32,970 nucleotides of DNA from an uncultured Cytophagia bacterium (GCA_964608385.1 CAZSOP010000002.1:1-32970); one strand, 5' to 3'. Counted from the stretch's first letter, positions 1 to 9,742 are shown. The notes: generated from the letters alone by a model not told the origin. Program-made: numbers and translations.

Positions 1-1024
1 CATTTACGGGGTTAATGGCATAAAGGTTCTTGTCGAGTGAGCCCACAAAGATGGCATTTTTAGCGCTGACCGGATTGGTGCTGATGACGCTTCCGGCTGT
101 AAATGTCCACACTGTTTCTCCTGTCTGGCGGTTGAGGCAGTAGAGGTTGTGGTCCGTCGCTCCAAAAATTACGTTTTGGCCATGAATGGCGGCTGTTTGG
201 TAAATTTTCCCCTTTGTTTCAAAAGACCATATTTCTTTTCCGGTTTCGGCGTTCAGTGCATAGAAAATACCGTCAGTGGATCCCACAAAGATTGTTCTAT
301 TAAAACAGGTGGCGGAGGCTCTCAGCGCACCGCCGGTTCGAAAGGACCATTTTATGTTGCCCTTTTGAACGGCATAAAGTGTTCCCTGATTCGTGCCCAC
401 CACCACTTTTCCGTTCGCCCATGTCGGTGTTGTATGGCTGGGGGCGGGTAAATCAGCGCTCCAGTCCAGTTCACCATTTTCGAGTTTATAGCAAATCAAT
501 TTTTTTTGTTGAAAAGCCACATAAATGCGGTCGTTGGTGATTAAAGGTTCTGCAAAGGAATTGCCACCGTTAATTTTCCAAAGGGTTTCACCCCTCTGCA
601 AATGATAACGCTGAAGTGCCGGCTGCCATTGCCGGCGCACGATAATGAGGGTAGAGTCTGCAAACGCAAAGGTTCCCACCTGTTTCTTCTTTAATTTAAG
701 CGTGCCGATACCTTTTCCGCTACTGATTTTCACTGCTCTAATTTTGCCGTCATAAGTATGAAAAAACAGGGCATCGTCAAAAGCAATCAGTGACGGCCCC
801 ACTGCAAGAGAGGTTTTGTGTTCCCATTTTTTCGTCATGGGAAACTGGATGCTGTCGTTTACCGTATTGGTGTGTTGGGGGGTCTTGGCAAATTGCCGCC
901 ATTCATTAAAGCCCGTCTCAGGTTGCCATTTTAGTTTCAGAGAAGCACAGGCCATTAAAATCAATGAGAAAACAAGCAAGTTGCAGACCGTATAGCGTGA
1001 TATTTTATTTGGTTTTGTACCCAT
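1..1024 (-). CDS. PQQ-like (BamB/YfgL-type) beta-propeller lipoprotein, N-terminal ~341 aa only (gene continues beyond window start)
   Basis: Absent from the ORF track because it has no stop inside the window. My own minus-strand translation from ATG 1024-1022 stays open down to base 2. It begins MGTKPNKISRYTVCNLLVFSLILMACASLKLKWQPE... (signal peptide with lipobox-like LMAC). Repeated propeller-blade motifs follow: GTLYAVQKGNIKWSF, DGIFYALNAETGKEIWSF, HNLYCLNRQTGETVWTF, KNLYAINP. The ATG lies 4 nt after the stop (1029-1031) of the upstream gene. Confidence 0.8.
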   Translation of the reverse strand, partial: MGTKPNKISRYTVCNLLVFSLILMACASLKLKWQPETGFNEWRQFAKTPQHTNTVNDSIQFPMTKKWEHKTSLAVGPSLIAFDDALFFHTYDGKIRAVKISSGKGIGTLKLKKKQVGTFAFADSTLIIVRRQWQPALQRYHLQRGETLWKINGGNSFAEPLITNDRIYVAFQQKKLICYKLENGELDWSADLPAPSHTTPTWANGKVVVGTNQGTLYAVQKGNIKWSFRTGGALRASATCFNRTIFVGSTDGIFYALNAETGKEIWSFETKGKIYQTAAIHGQNVIFGATDHNLYCLNRQTGETVWTFTAGSVISTNPVSAKNAIFVGSLDKNLYAINPVN

Positions 1025-1028
1025 GTGT

Positions 1029-3917
1029 TTAAAAATCCCAGCCAAAAAAGAATTGAGTAAACCATTCGTTATCCACATCGTACTTGTCAACGCGGTAAAA
1101 TTGCTCCGGGTTGTGGATGGTGAATTTGCGTCCCCAGTCGAGTCTCAGGACCAAAAAGCCCCCAAAGCGGAACCGTACTCCGAATCCCGTGCTGCCCAGC
1201 AGATAATCGAGGTGGTTATCCCATGCATTTCCCACATCTGCAAACATGGCGCCGCGAATAGCGCTGAGCCCAAGGCCACCGAATGGAAAGTTGACGATAA
1301 AGCGATCGATGAACGGAAATCGGAGCTCATTGCTCATTAGCGCCAGCTTGGTTCCCCAGATATGCCACAACCTGTATCCGCGCAGATCCCAACTGCCTCC
1401 CATAAAAAACGGCGTCGCTTCCTTGCCGTGATTCATCTGAGTCCACAGGCGCACGGCATGGGTTATTCTGTTGCTCAGGCGGAAATATCGCCGGTAATCG
1501 ACGATGAGGGTGGAAAAATTTACATTCGAGTGCGCAATGTCGAGTGTATTGCCGAGAGTAATGTTAAATCGTTCTCCATCGATGGGCCCGGTTGGACCCC
1601 ATAGTGATGTATCTTTTATATAGCTGAGAAAATTGGAAACCAGCAACGCACGGCGTCGGTAGTTGTCGTAAAACCATTCCTTGTCGGAGTGGCGAACATT
1701 CAGGCTGGCTTCAAGGCGTTTGAATTTGGAGAACGGGTAGCTGATCGCCCCAAAGCCGCCGTAGCGTCGCTCCCAAAACCAGTAATCGTATCGATTGTAA
1801 TAGCGTCCGGCAAAGTGATAAAGACCAAGGGCAAAATTGGTACGACGCGACAAATCTACGCGGGATACGGCAAAATTAAAGCTGTCCAGGAATTCGTCTC
1901 GCGTTCTGGCATTATTATAGAGCAGGAAAAAATATTGGTAATTTCCCAACATATCTGTGACAGCCAGTTGTACGCCTCCCGAGGTACCAAAAATGGGGTC
2001 CTGCGTGATCTGGCTTTGGGCGATGTCCAGGTCGTACTTTGGTTTGTATTTGATGCCCTGGGCACCGTTTTTTCCTTTGAGACGCTTGAAGGACCAATCC
2101 ATGGCGATGTGTCTTTGGTCGAGGCTGTCCACCTCGTTTCCGAGCCGCACTTTGCCGGCAATTGAATCGAGTTGATAGATTTGAAAACCAAAGTCTTCAA
2201 AAGCATAGAAAAGAAGATCGCCGTCTTTCGTCCACTCCGGATCAAAGGCACCGGTGGTGAAATGGGTCAACTGCTTGAGCGCATGATTTCGGTTCAGAAC
2301 TGAAAAAAACATACCGCCGGGGTTTTCGCCTTTAGGAGTATTTTGACTTTTATGATGTAATACCCAGATATTAAAAGCATCGTTTCGATCTGAAGAAAAG
2401 GCGAGAAAACGGCCGTCAGGAGACCAGGTTGGAGCGCTGTCGTTGAATTTGCCATTGGTTACATAGCGCACCAAACCGGTTTCAGTATCGTATATGAAGA
2501 GATTATAATAGGTTTTTTCGCCAAAAACGCCTCTGTCCGAGCTAAAGGCGATATAACGGCCATCCGGTGACCAGGATGGTTCCTTGTCGTCAAAATAATC
2601 ATCGGTGAGCCGCATCAGGGAATCATTATTGCGATTGTAAATATAAATATCGGATTTTCCGGAAAACGCAAGACCGGAAAATGCAATTTTACTGCCGTCC
2701 GGAGACCAGGTCGGGGAATAGATGGAAACCAGGTTGTCAAAGTCATGGCGTTGCATAATTTCTCTTTTGATGAGATCATAGATATAGAGCTTGTCCTGAT
2801 CCCCGCTTTTTGATGTAAAGGCCAGCGTTCCCTGCGAATGGGCATCGATTTTGCTCTGCAGGAGATGAAAAGATTCAAACTCTACGCTTCTTTCACCAGC
2901 CACCAATATTTCGGCTTTTGGCTCTTTTTTGCTCTTTTTTATGGGTTCGATATAAATGTTTGCATATCCGGTACGGTTGGAGAGAAAGACAACATATTTT
3001 TGCTCGTCATGCTTGAAATAGGTCGGTTTAATGTTGATCCCTTTATGGGTAAGCTGATCGGCGACTTGTTTTGGACTGTCATGATTTTCCAACAGGGGAA
3101 AGTGCTCTTTTTTGAGGTGATATATCCATTCCTTATCGAATTCCTTATAGTCCATCCCCATGGTTTTTTCAAACACCAGCGCAAATCGTTTATCGATCCA
3201 GAGGTTTTGTATCAATTCGAGCAGTTTTTCATCGCCATATTTTTTTGCAATAAACCTTAGAGCGGCCTGACCCTCTTTATACATTAAAAAGGAGCCATTG
3301 ATCTGATAGATGTTTTGCAATGGATAGAGATAGTTGCTCAGAACGGCATCTCGAATGAACATTTCAGCCTGAGCATCCCACTCTATGGACCAGTATTCCG
3401 CCAACCCCTCTACAAACCAGAGGGGAAGCCCCGGATGATTGAGCAGCCGGTGGTCTTTAAGGATGCGGTGTTCGAGACTGTGGGTGAATACATGAACCAA
3501 TTCGTGCCGGAGGACATGTTTGAATTGGGGTATTGAACCATTTGCCGGTACAACCACACGTCCTTTTAAAAATTCGAAAAAGCCGCCTACTCCTTCCGGA
3601 ATGATATACGGTATGGTATTGGTTTCCTGAAAATGGGCGTGAGTGGCATAAAAAATTAATGGTATTCGGCGTAAAATATTGTGATTGAATTTTGATTCCA
3701 AATAAAGATAAGTCTTTTCAGCATATGCCGCCCCGATCTCGGCCAGTTCCCGCATTTGTGGGTAGTAGTAGATATCAAAGTGCTCGGTTTCAAGGATATG
3801 CCATTCAAAATGGTTATACTGTACTTTGTTTCGGCCGAAATAATATTGCGCCTGTGTTTGCTGCATCATGCCGGTGAGGAAACAAATGAAGAGGATGATA
3901 AGTATAAAACGATTCAT
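1029..3917 (-). CDS. Secreted multidomain outer-membrane protein: MA-clan (HExxH) peptidase-like domain + TolB-like PD40 beta-propeller + Omp85/bacterial-surface-antigen-type C-terminal barrel
   Basis: 962-aa ORF with a signal peptide (MNRFILIILFICFLTGMMQQTQA). HELVH is encoded at nt 3492-3506, with WFVEGLAEYW about 25 aa downstream (gluzincin third-ligand context, Peptidase_MA_2-like). Residues ~295-585 carry PD40 repeats (WSPDGSKIAFS, WSPDGRYIAFSSDR, WSPDGRFLAFSSDR, DPEWTKDGDLLFY). Residues ~625-962 are barrel-like (MGGSWDLRGY, alternating aromatic strands) and end in the OMP C-terminal signature FFFGWDF. Confidence 0.8.
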   Translation of the reverse strand: MNRFILIILFICFLTGMMQQTQAQYYFGRNKVQYNHFEWHILETEHFDIYYYPQMRELAEIGAAYAEKTYLYLESKFNHNILRRIPLIFYATHAHFQETNTIPYIIPEGVGGFFEFLKGRVVVPANGSIPQFKHVLRHELVHVFTHSLEHRILKDHRLLNHPGLPLWFVEGLAEYWSIEWDAQAEMFIRDAVLSNYLYPLQNIYQINGSFLMYKEGQAALRFIAKKYGDEKLLELIQNLWIDKRFALVFEKTMGMDYKEFDKEWIYHLKKEHFPLLENHDSPKQVADQLTHKGINIKPTYFKHDEQKYVVFLSNRTGYANIYIEPIKKSKKEPKAEILVAGERSVEFESFHLLQSKIDAHSQGTLAFTSKSGDQDKLYIYDLIKREIMQRHDFDNLVSIYSPTWSPDGSKIAFSGLAFSGKSDIYIYNRNNDSLMRLTDDYFDDKEPSWSPDGRYIAFSSDRGVFGEKTYYNLFIYDTETGLVRYVTNGKFNDSAPTWSPDGRFLAFSSDRNDAFNIWVLHHKSQNTPKGENPGGMFFSVLNRNHALKQLTHFTTGAFDPEWTKDGDLLFYAFEDFGFQIYQLDSIAGKVRLGNEVDSLDQRHIAMDWSFKRLKGKNGAQGIKYKPKYDLDIAQSQITQDPIFGTSGGVQLAVTDMLGNYQYFFLLYNNARTRDEFLDSFNFAVSRVDLSRRTNFALGLYHFAGRYYNRYDYWFWERRYGGFGAISYPFSKFKRLEASLNVRHSDKEWFYDNYRRRALLVSNFLSYIKDTSLWGPTGPIDGERFNITLGNTLDIAHSNVNFSTLIVDYRRYFRLSNRITHAVRLWTQMNHGKEATPFFMGGSWDLRGYRLWHIWGTKLALMSNELRFPFIDRFIVNFPFGGLGLSAIRGAMFADVGNAWDNHLDYLLGSTGFGVRFRFGGFLVLRLDWGRKFTIHNPEQFYRVDKYDVDNEWFTQFFFGWDF

Positions 3918-3980
3918 TTTACCTTTTGATTCTGTTTTGAGTTTATTAATGTAAACTTGCCCAGAGGGAATTTTGTTTCA

Positions 3981-5096
3981 TTAAATATTTTTTTCAAAAA
4001 ACCGGAATGTTTTATACTTTCTGGCCGACAAATCCTTCAACGCTTTGATCATACGCTCATTGCTTTCGACGATGATCGAACATTCCGAATCCATGTAACC
4101 GAGTTTTGTGCCCTTTTCTATGGTATCGATGTAAAAGGCGATATCTATGCCGCGATGTCGGTGTTCTTTGAGAACACCCATGGCTATGGTGCGCATGCGG
4201 TTTATTTTACGCATATGCCAGAGAATTTTGAGCAATCCGAGGGGAAAAAGCCTTCCGTTTGCTGCTTTTAATGCCTGGTTGGCGTCTTTTATGCTGAGGC
4301 TGAAACCGATACAGTCACCCTCATAAAAGGCCAGTTCAGTGACTTGTTTGACCACGATCTGTTTGAGCTCACTTTTCAGATGATGTAATTCCTCCTCCGT
4401 AAAGGGAACGTGCTGCCAATTTTCCATCCAGGCGTCGGTAAAGATTTTTTGGATGTGATTCACTTCTTCATCGAGTTTTTTAAGATTAATCGGTCGGATG
4501 AGGATTTTTTTTTGTCTTTTAACGCGGTCACGGACTTTACGGAGAACCGGATTGATCTCATTCTCCTTTGATACCAAAAACGCGTACCAGTCGATTGCTT
4601 TTTTAAATCCTGCTTGCTCCAGCAATTGTTGATAATATGGCGGATTATATGCCGTCATCACAACCGGTGGAGTGAACCCTTCGATCAGGAGACCGCTGAT
4701 ATCGTACATGCCAAAACTCATGGGCCCAAGTATTCTGCTTTTACCCTGTTGCTGCAACCAGTTGCCGGCGGCATCAAAGAGAAGGTCAGCGACTTTTTGG
4801 TCGTTTATGGATTCAAAAAAGCCAAAGAATCCGGTCTCGTTGTCTCGGTATTTTTCATATTGGTGATTGACATGGGCGGAGACGCGGCCAACCGGTACAT
4901 TATCATCATCGGAGACCATAAAATATTTTGCCCGGCCATTGGCGAAAAAAGGCCCTTTTTGTTTATCCAGAATTTCTTTTTCGGAAACGATAAGCGGAGG
5001 AACCCAATTTGGATCACCGTAATAGATTTTCCAGGGCAGTTTGATAAATTTTTTCAAATCTGCTCCAGCTGAGATTTCCTCAACCTTGTATGCCAT
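3981..5096 (-). CDS. GNAT-superfamily-like acyltransferase of unknown substrate (large ~370-aa form)
   Basis: 371-aa ORF. From memory, the N-terminus (LKKFIKLPWKIYYGDPNWVPPLI) matches a widespread family usually annotated as GNAT-family N-acetyltransferase. No substrate can be assigned by eye. It is co-oriented with the downstream gene, 63 nt upstream of it. Confidence 0.5.
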   Translation of the reverse strand: MAYKVEEISAGADLKKFIKLPWKIYYGDPNWVPPLIVSEKEILDKQKGPFFANGRAKYFMVSDDDNVPVGRVSAHVNHQYEKYRDNETGFFGFFESINDQKVADLLFDAAGNWLQQQGKSRILGPMSFGMYDISGLLIEGFTPPVVMTAYNPPYYQQLLEQAGFKKAIDWYAFLVSKENEINPVLRKVRDRVKRQKKILIRPINLKKLDEEVNHIQKIFTDAWMENWQHVPFTEEELHHLKSELKQIVVKQVTELAFYEGDCIGFSLSIKDANQALKAANGRLFPLGLLKILWHMRKINRMRTIAMGVLKEHRHRGIDIAFYIDTIEKGTKLGYMDSECSIIVESNERMIKALKDLSARKYKTFRFFEKNI

Positions 5097-5122
5097 ATCT
5101 GTTCCTTTTGTAAAAATTTTTA

Positions 5123-5151
5123 TTGATTTTTTTTTATTTTTTGTTTAAGTT
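5123..5151 (+). promoter_or_regulatory. Candidate sigma70-type promoter for rpsT (TTGATT-N17-TAAGTT)
   Basis: TTGATT at 5123-5128, a 17-nt T-rich spacer, and TAAGTT at 5146-5151, about 35 nt upstream of the rpsT ATG. The -10 match is only moderate. Confidence 0.3.
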
Positions 5152-5186
5152 TAATTCTGCATAAAAAAAAAGGAGAATCTTTATAG

Positions 5187-5441
5187 ATGGCACATCACAA
5201 ATCAGCTATTAAGAGAATCAGTATTAACGAGCGCAATCGCTTGCGAAATCAGCATTATAAAAGCATGATGAAAACACACATTTCCAAAGTTCGTTCTGCC
5301 GGCAACAAGGAAGAAGCTGAAGCAAGTTTAAAAAAAACGAGTTCTATTTTGGATAAATTAGTGGCAAAGGGAATCATACACAAGAACAAAGCCGCCAATC
5401 AAAAAGCCCGGCTGGCTAAATATGTCAATAGCCTTTCCTAG
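5187..5441 (+). CDS. rpsT: 30S ribosomal protein bS20
   Basis: 84-aa, very basic protein with the classic N-terminus MAHHKSAIKRI..NRLRNQ. SD AAAGGAGAA lies upstream and an intrinsic terminator lies directly downstream. Confidence 0.95.
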   Translation: MAHHKSAIKRISINERNRLRNQHYKSMMKTHISKVRSAGNKEEAEASLKKTSSILDKLVAKGIIHKNKAANQKARLAKYVNSLS

Positions 5442-5444
5442 ATC

Positions 5445-5467
5445 AAAAGGGGCTGTTTGCCCCTTTT
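5445..5467 (+). terminator. Rho-independent terminator after rpsT (A/T-flanked, potentially bidirectional)
   Basis: AAAAGGGGC (5445-5453), loop TGTTT, GCCCCTTTT (5459-5467). It starts 4 nt after the rpsT stop. Confidence 0.8.
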
Positions 5468-5571
5468 GCATCCCGTTCACTTTTTTTGATTGAACCCGTC
5501 TTTTTTTACCTTTTGGTTGCTCTACCCGGTTTCACACTCATTCTATTTCGGTTTATCCAGACCTGTACAAC

Positions 5572-5601
5572 AAGGTCTCCGCTTTTTGTCCGGAGACTTT
5601 T
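5572..5601. terminator. Hairpin between convergent rpsT and guaB; possible guaB terminator
   Basis: GTCTCCG (5575-5581) pairs with CGGAGAC (5591-5597) around a 9-nt loop. A T-run follows on the + strand; on the - strand only a weak T-rich tail follows. Confidence 0.4.
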
Positions 5602-5623
5602 ATCAACGCCCTTATGTCATGAT

Positions 5624-7093
5624 TTAATTATGAGGCCGCATATAGTAGTTTGGTGATTCGTGAGTTATAATGATATCATGCGGATGGCTTTCCAAAAGGC
5701 CTGCAGGTGTGACGCTAATGAACCTTGCGTTTTTTTGCAAGTCATCAATTGTGGCCGCACCGCAATAACCCATTGATGCCTGCAATCCGCCTATCATTTG
5801 ATAGATCACTTCACTGGTTTTTCCCCGATAGGGAATACGTCCTTCAATGCCTTCGGGAACCAGTTTTTTAATGTCCTGTTCACCTTCCTGAAAATAACGG
5901 TCACCGCGACCGCTCTTCATCGCGCTAAGAGAACCCATAGCGCGATAGGTTTTGTATTTACGTCCTTCGTAAAGCACCAGTTCTCCGGGGCTTTCCTCCG
6001 TGCCGGCGAGCATGTTGCCGACCATAATGGCATTCGCACCGGCAGCCAGTGCTTTGGCAATATCACCGGTTTGTTTTATGCCTCCGTCGGCAATCAATGG
6101 AATGTCGTGTTCTTTGCAGGCTTGAGAGCAATTTATGATTGCGGTCAATTGCGGTACACCGACTCCGGCAACAACCCGGGTGGTACAAATCGAGCCCGGT
6201 CCGATGCCGACTTTGATAGCATCTGCACCGGCGGCTATGAGGTCCTGCGCTGCTTCTTCTGTGGCGATATTGCCGGCGATGATATCTATTTCCGGAAATT
6301 CCTTTTTTAACATTTCCGTGATTTTTAGTACCCCTTCAGAATGTCCGTGGGCTGTATCTACGACCAGTATATCAACACCGGCGTCTACCAGAGCCTGTGC
6401 TCTTTCCCGCGTATCAGAAGCCACTCCAACCGCTGCCCCGGCCACAAGCCGGCCGTGCTTGTCCTTTGCCGCATGAGGATACTTTTTGCGGTTGAGGATG
6501 TCCTTTACAGTGATCAGTCCGCGGAGTCGATTGTCCTTGTCTACCACCAGCAATTTTTCGATTTTATACTTTTGCAGAATTTTTTCCGCCTCGTCCAGCG
6601 AGGTGCCTACCGGTACGGTGACCAGGTCTTTTTTGGTCATCAATGAATCAACCCGTTTATTCAGGTCGGTCACAAAACGCAAATCGCGATTGGTTAAAAT
6701 ACCCACCAGCTTTTGTCCGTCAACAATGGGGATACCGGATATCCGGTACCGGGCCATGAGTTCGAGAGCTTGGCTTAGCTTTCTGTCTGGCGGAAGCGTT
6801 ATAGGATTCATAATCATACCGCTTTCAGATCGTTTAACGCGATCCACCTCTGCAGTTTGTTGTTCGATCGAATTGTTTTTGTGTATGATGCCAATACCGC
6901 CAACCCTTGCCAGGGCGATAGCCTGGTCCGATTCCGTAACCGTGTCCATCGCTGCGCTAAGTATTGGAATATTTATGGACATATTGCGGGACAAGCGCGT
7001 TTTTACATCCACGTTTTTCGGCAGGACGCTGGATTTATTGGGTGCCAGCAAAACATCGTCAAAGGTTAATCCTTGTCCTAAAAATTCAGTCAT
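5624..7093 (-). CDS. guaB: Inosine-5'-monophosphate dehydrogenase
   Basis: 489 aa with the [12 protein letters not shown]-terminus, a tandem CBS insert and the catalytic Cys loop [17 protein letters not shown] lies upstream, and the start is 13 nt after the hutH stop. Confidence 0.97.
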   Translation of the reverse strand: MTEFLGQGLTFDDVLLAPNKSSVLPKNVDVKTRLSRNMSINIPILSAAMDTVTESDQAIALARVGGIGIIHKNNSIEQQTAEVDRVKRSESGMIMNPITLPPDRKLSQALELMARYRISGIPIVDGQKLVGILTNRDLRFVTDLNKRVDSLMTKKDLVTVPVGTSLDEAEKILQKYKIEKLLVVDKDNRLRGLITVKDILNRKKYPHAAKDKHGRLVAGAAVGVASDTRERAQALVDAGVDILVVDTAHGHSEGVLKITEMLKKEFPEIDIIAGNIATEEAAQDLIAAGADAIKVGIGPGSICTTRVVAGVGVPQLTAIINCSQACKEHDIPLIADGGIKQTGDIAKALAAGANAIMVGNMLAGTEESPGELVLYEGRKYKTYRAMGSLSAMKSGRGDRYFQEGEQDIKKLVPEGIEGRIPYRGKTSEVIYQMIGGLQASMGYCGAATIDDLQKNARFISVTPAGLLESHPHDIIITHESPNYYMRPHN

Positions 7094-7106
7094 TTTTAAC
7101 TCCGTT

Positions 7107-8633
7107 TTATAAAGATCCTATTACATTTTCAACATTTTGCACAATGTTATTTTCTTTAATTATTTTCTTTATTTTCATCAAATCCGTTTGAAAAAGCCGA
7201 TCCCGAGGCATGGTCGGAATGATTTTACGGATGGTTTCATAAGCGACCCGTGTTCCTCGTCCCGGCTGCCGGTGGCCACGAAAATCCAGAGCCTGGCAAC
7301 CGGCCAAAAGTTCAATACCGATGATGGTTTCAGCGTTCCGGAGGACTTCAAATGCTTTTCTGGCCGCGTGAGTACCCATACTGACAAAATCCTCCTGATT
7401 TGCAGAGGTCGGGATTGAATCCACTGAAGCGGGGTGGCAAAGAACTTTATTCTCCGAAACCAGGGCCGCAGCGGTAACCTGTGCCATCATAAAGCCCGAG
7501 TTTTTGCCGCTATCCGAAGCCAAAAAGGGCGGCAATCCGCTTTGAACGGAATCCATAAGGTTTTCCAGGCGGCGTTCTGAAATATTGGACAGCTGCGCCA
7601 GTGCAATAGCCAGTGTATCGCTCGCCAGAGAAATCGGCTGGGCATGAAAATTCCCTCCGGACAAAACGCTCTGGTCTTCTGTAAAGACCAGCGGATTGTC
7701 TGTAGCTGCATTCAATTCAGTGTCGATAACCTCCCTTACAAAGTTGAGCGCTTGTCTGACAATTCCATGCACCTGCGGTATGCAGCGCGAGCTGTACGGA
7801 TCCTGGATTTTATCGCAGTCCTGATGCGATGAGACGATTTCACTCTCCAGCAGCAGCTTTGAAAGGTTTCCGGCAACTTTGATCTGATGTTGAAATCCGC
7901 GAGCCCGCTGAATGCGTTCATCAAAAGCGGTTTTGGTGTGCAGCAGACTTTCAACGGTTAAGGCTCCGGCGATGTCAGCGGTTTTAACCAGATTTTGAGC
8001 GCGGAACAGGGCAAGAGCCGCAAACGCAGTGGTGATCTGGGTACCGTTAATGATGGCCAGGCCTTCTTTGGCTTTTAACACCAGAGGAGAAAGGTTGGCC
8101 ATCCTGAGGGCTTTTTCTCCGGATGTTTTTTCACCGTTTATATAGGCCTCCCCTATCCCCAACAGTACAAGCGTCATATGGGCCAGTGGCGCCAAATCTC
8201 CCGAGGCCCCCACGGAACCTTTTTCCGGAATACAGGGTGTGATTTGATGATTCAGGAGCTCACAAAAATATTTTGCCACAACCGGTCTTGAGCCGGAATA
8301 GCCCTTGCACAAGGCATTGATCTTTAAAAGCATAGCAGCGCGAACAACGGATTCAGGAATGGGATCGCCGATGCCGCAGGCGTGACTCAATATCAGATTG
8401 TGCTGCAGGGCTTCGATCTCCTTCGGCTTTATATGAACATTTGCAAGCTTGCCGAATCCGGTATTGACGCCGTAAACGACTCGGCCCCTGGACAGTATTT
8501 CTTCGATACAGTCACGCGAGCGCTGCATGCATTCGTTTGCCTGCGGGTCAATCATCACCTTTGTCTTGCCGAATGCAACAGCGTAGAGCTGTTCCAGTGT
8601 CAGGTCTTGACCATTTATCGTGATTTTTTGCAT
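7107..8633 (-). CDS. hutH: Histidine ammonia-lyase (MIO-dependent aromatic amino-acid lyase family)
   Basis: 508 aa. The MIO-forming triad sits in [15 protein letters not shown], with the Ala-Ser-Gly codons at nt 8199-8207. LSHACG carries the Ser-His pair typical of histidine- rather than Tyr/Phe-specific members. Confidence 0.88.
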   Translation of the reverse strand: MQKITINGQDLTLEQLYAVAFGKTKVMIDPQANECMQRSRDCIEEILSRGRVVYGVNTGFGKLANVHIKPKEIEALQHNLILSHACGIGDPIPESVVRAAMLLKINALCKGYSGSRPVVAKYFCELLNHQITPCIPEKGSVGASGDLAPLAHMTLVLLGIGEAYINGEKTSGEKALRMANLSPLVLKAKEGLAIINGTQITTAFAALALFRAQNLVKTADIAGALTVESLLHTKTAFDERIQRARGFQHQIKVAGNLSKLLLESEIVSSHQDCDKIQDPYSSRCIPQVHGIVRQALNFVREVIDTELNAATDNPLVFTEDQSVLSGGNFHAQPISLASDTLAIALAQLSNISERRLENLMDSVQSGLPPFLASDSGKNSGFMMAQVTAAALVSENKVLCHPASVDSIPTSANQEDFVSMGTHAARKAFEVLRNAETIIGIELLAGCQALDFRGHRQPGRGTRVAYETIRKIIPTMPRDRLFQTDLMKIKKIIKENNIVQNVENVIGSL

Positions 8634-8655
8634 TCCCGGCCTTTAAATTTGTGTA

Positions 8656-8684
8656 ACATTAAGCAAAATTTTGCAAATAATCAA
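8656..8684 (-). promoter_or_regulatory. Candidate sigma70-type promoter for hutH-guaB (TTGATT-N17-TAATGT) with a perfect 12-bp palindrome in the spacer
   Basis: On the minus strand, TTGATT (8684-8679), a 17-nt spacer and TAATGT (8661-8656). The spacer contains GCAAAATTTTGC (8663-8674). The element lies between the slt terminator and the hutH ATG (8633). Confidence 0.4.
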
Positions 8685-8721
8685 ATATTTTTATGGGCAG
8701 TCCGGCTGGGTCTCACAAGAT

Positions 8722-8757
8722 AAAAAAAAAGCGATCTCTTTTGGAGATCGCTTTTTT
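8722..8757 (-). terminator. Rho-independent terminator after the lytic transglycosylase gene (A/T-flanked)
   Basis: A9 run (8722-8730), GCGATCTC (8731-8738), a 5-nt loop, GAGATCGC (8744-8751) and a T6 run (8752-8757). Read on the minus strand, the stem is followed by T9. Confidence 0.8.
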
Positions 8758-8779
8758 AGGCGAAAATGAAAAAACGAGT

Positions 8780-9463
8780 TTACATGACTTCACTGCGGAA
8801 CTGATGATACAATTCCAATACAGCGGGCACATAATCTCTTGTTTCTGCAAAGAGAATGTTATAATTTTTGTTCGATTCGATCCACATTTCGGCCCGGTAG
8901 GGACCACCATTATAGGCAGCAAGACCACCATCATGTTCATACATAGCGACAAGCTGGCTGAGATACCTGCACCCTAGTCTGATGTTGATGATGGGGTCAT
9001 AAAGTATCTCTTTTGATGTAAACGAAATACCTTCTTCAGCCGCCAGAAAAGCCCCTGTTGTCGGCATAACCTGCATCAAGCCCATTGCACCGGCATTTGA
9101 AATGACTTGCGGTTTCCAGCTGCGGGCACTTTCATGCGTAATTGTTGCACAGATAAAGTTTATGTTCAAATTGGTATATTTTTGTGACATGAGATAAATT
9201 TCATTGGCGATATCCCGTTTCAGACCGGCTTCCATCTCGGGGTTGAATTTTGATATGATTTGAACAATTCTTTCGATACTGCTGATACGGGTGGAATCGA
9301 TGGAATTTATCTTTTCAGAAAGATATACCTTTTCTTCGATATCCGGCAGTGTAGAGTGCGTCTCATCAAAATAGACGACTCCTGCGATGACCAGACTAAA
9401 AACAGATATATGAAGCGTCATGATCATCAATATTTTTTTGAAATTATGGAAGACGAAATTCAT
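8780..9463 (-). CDS. Membrane-anchored lytic transglycosylase (SLT domain)
   Basis: 227 aa with an N-terminal TM helix. SLT motifs are present: THESARSW (catalytic Glu-Ser), AMGLMQVMP and AAYNGGP. SD AAGGGAAG lies 5 nt upstream of the ATG. Confidence 0.85.
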   Translation of the reverse strand: MNFVFHNFKKILMIMTLHISVFSLVIAGVVYFDETHSTLPDIEEKVYLSEKINSIDSTRISSIERIVQIISKFNPEMEAGLKRDIANEIYLMSQKYTNLNINFICATITHESARSWKPQVISNAGAMGLMQVMPTTGAFLAAEEGISFTSKEILYDPIINIRLGCRYLSQLVAMYEHDGGLAAYNGGPYRAEMWIESNKNYNILFAETRDYVPAVLELYHQFRSEVM

Positions 9464-9742
9464 TTTTACTTCCCTTTTTTTTTGCCTTTACAAGGGTGCT
9501 AAACCTTCTTGTCTGATTTAACACTGTTCGATGCTATTTAATTCCTTATACTCTATAAAGTTCCCGCAATATCTATGCCAAATATAAAAAAAATTACCGG
9601 TTATGTAATTTGATAAAAGTCACAAATTTACATATAATTACATTATTTCAAATGTTTCCCGGTAGACAAGTGTGAGTGAAGATTTGACACACCATGTGGC
9701 ACATTGTGGACATTTGTCTCACATGGAAACTGAATTGTATGC

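Noticed and set aside
149-1340. Plus-strand ORFs 149-451 and 1023-1340 from the ORF track.
   Set aside because: Both overlap better-supported minus-strand genes, namely the BamB-like propeller and the end of the Omp85-type barrel. Neither has motifs.
2921-2940. Perfect tandem 10-bp duplication GCTCTTTTTT x2 inside the 962-aa gene (encodes the Lys-rich linker KKSKKEPK). I considered it as a slipped-strand phase-variation site because 10 is not a multiple of 3.
   Set aside because: Only two copies are present, and the sequence simply reflects Lys/Ser/Glu codons of a linker. No population data are available.
4505-4513. A9/T9 homopolymer inside the GNAT-like gene, a possible phase-variation or sequencing-error hotspot.
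   Set aside because: The reading frame is intact across it (encodes RQKKI). A single 9-mer is not sufficient evidence for a contingency locus.
5798-7112. Several + strand ORFs (up to 208 aa) antisense to guaB.
   Set aside because: The guaB reading frame is unambiguous. The antisense products have no recognisable features.
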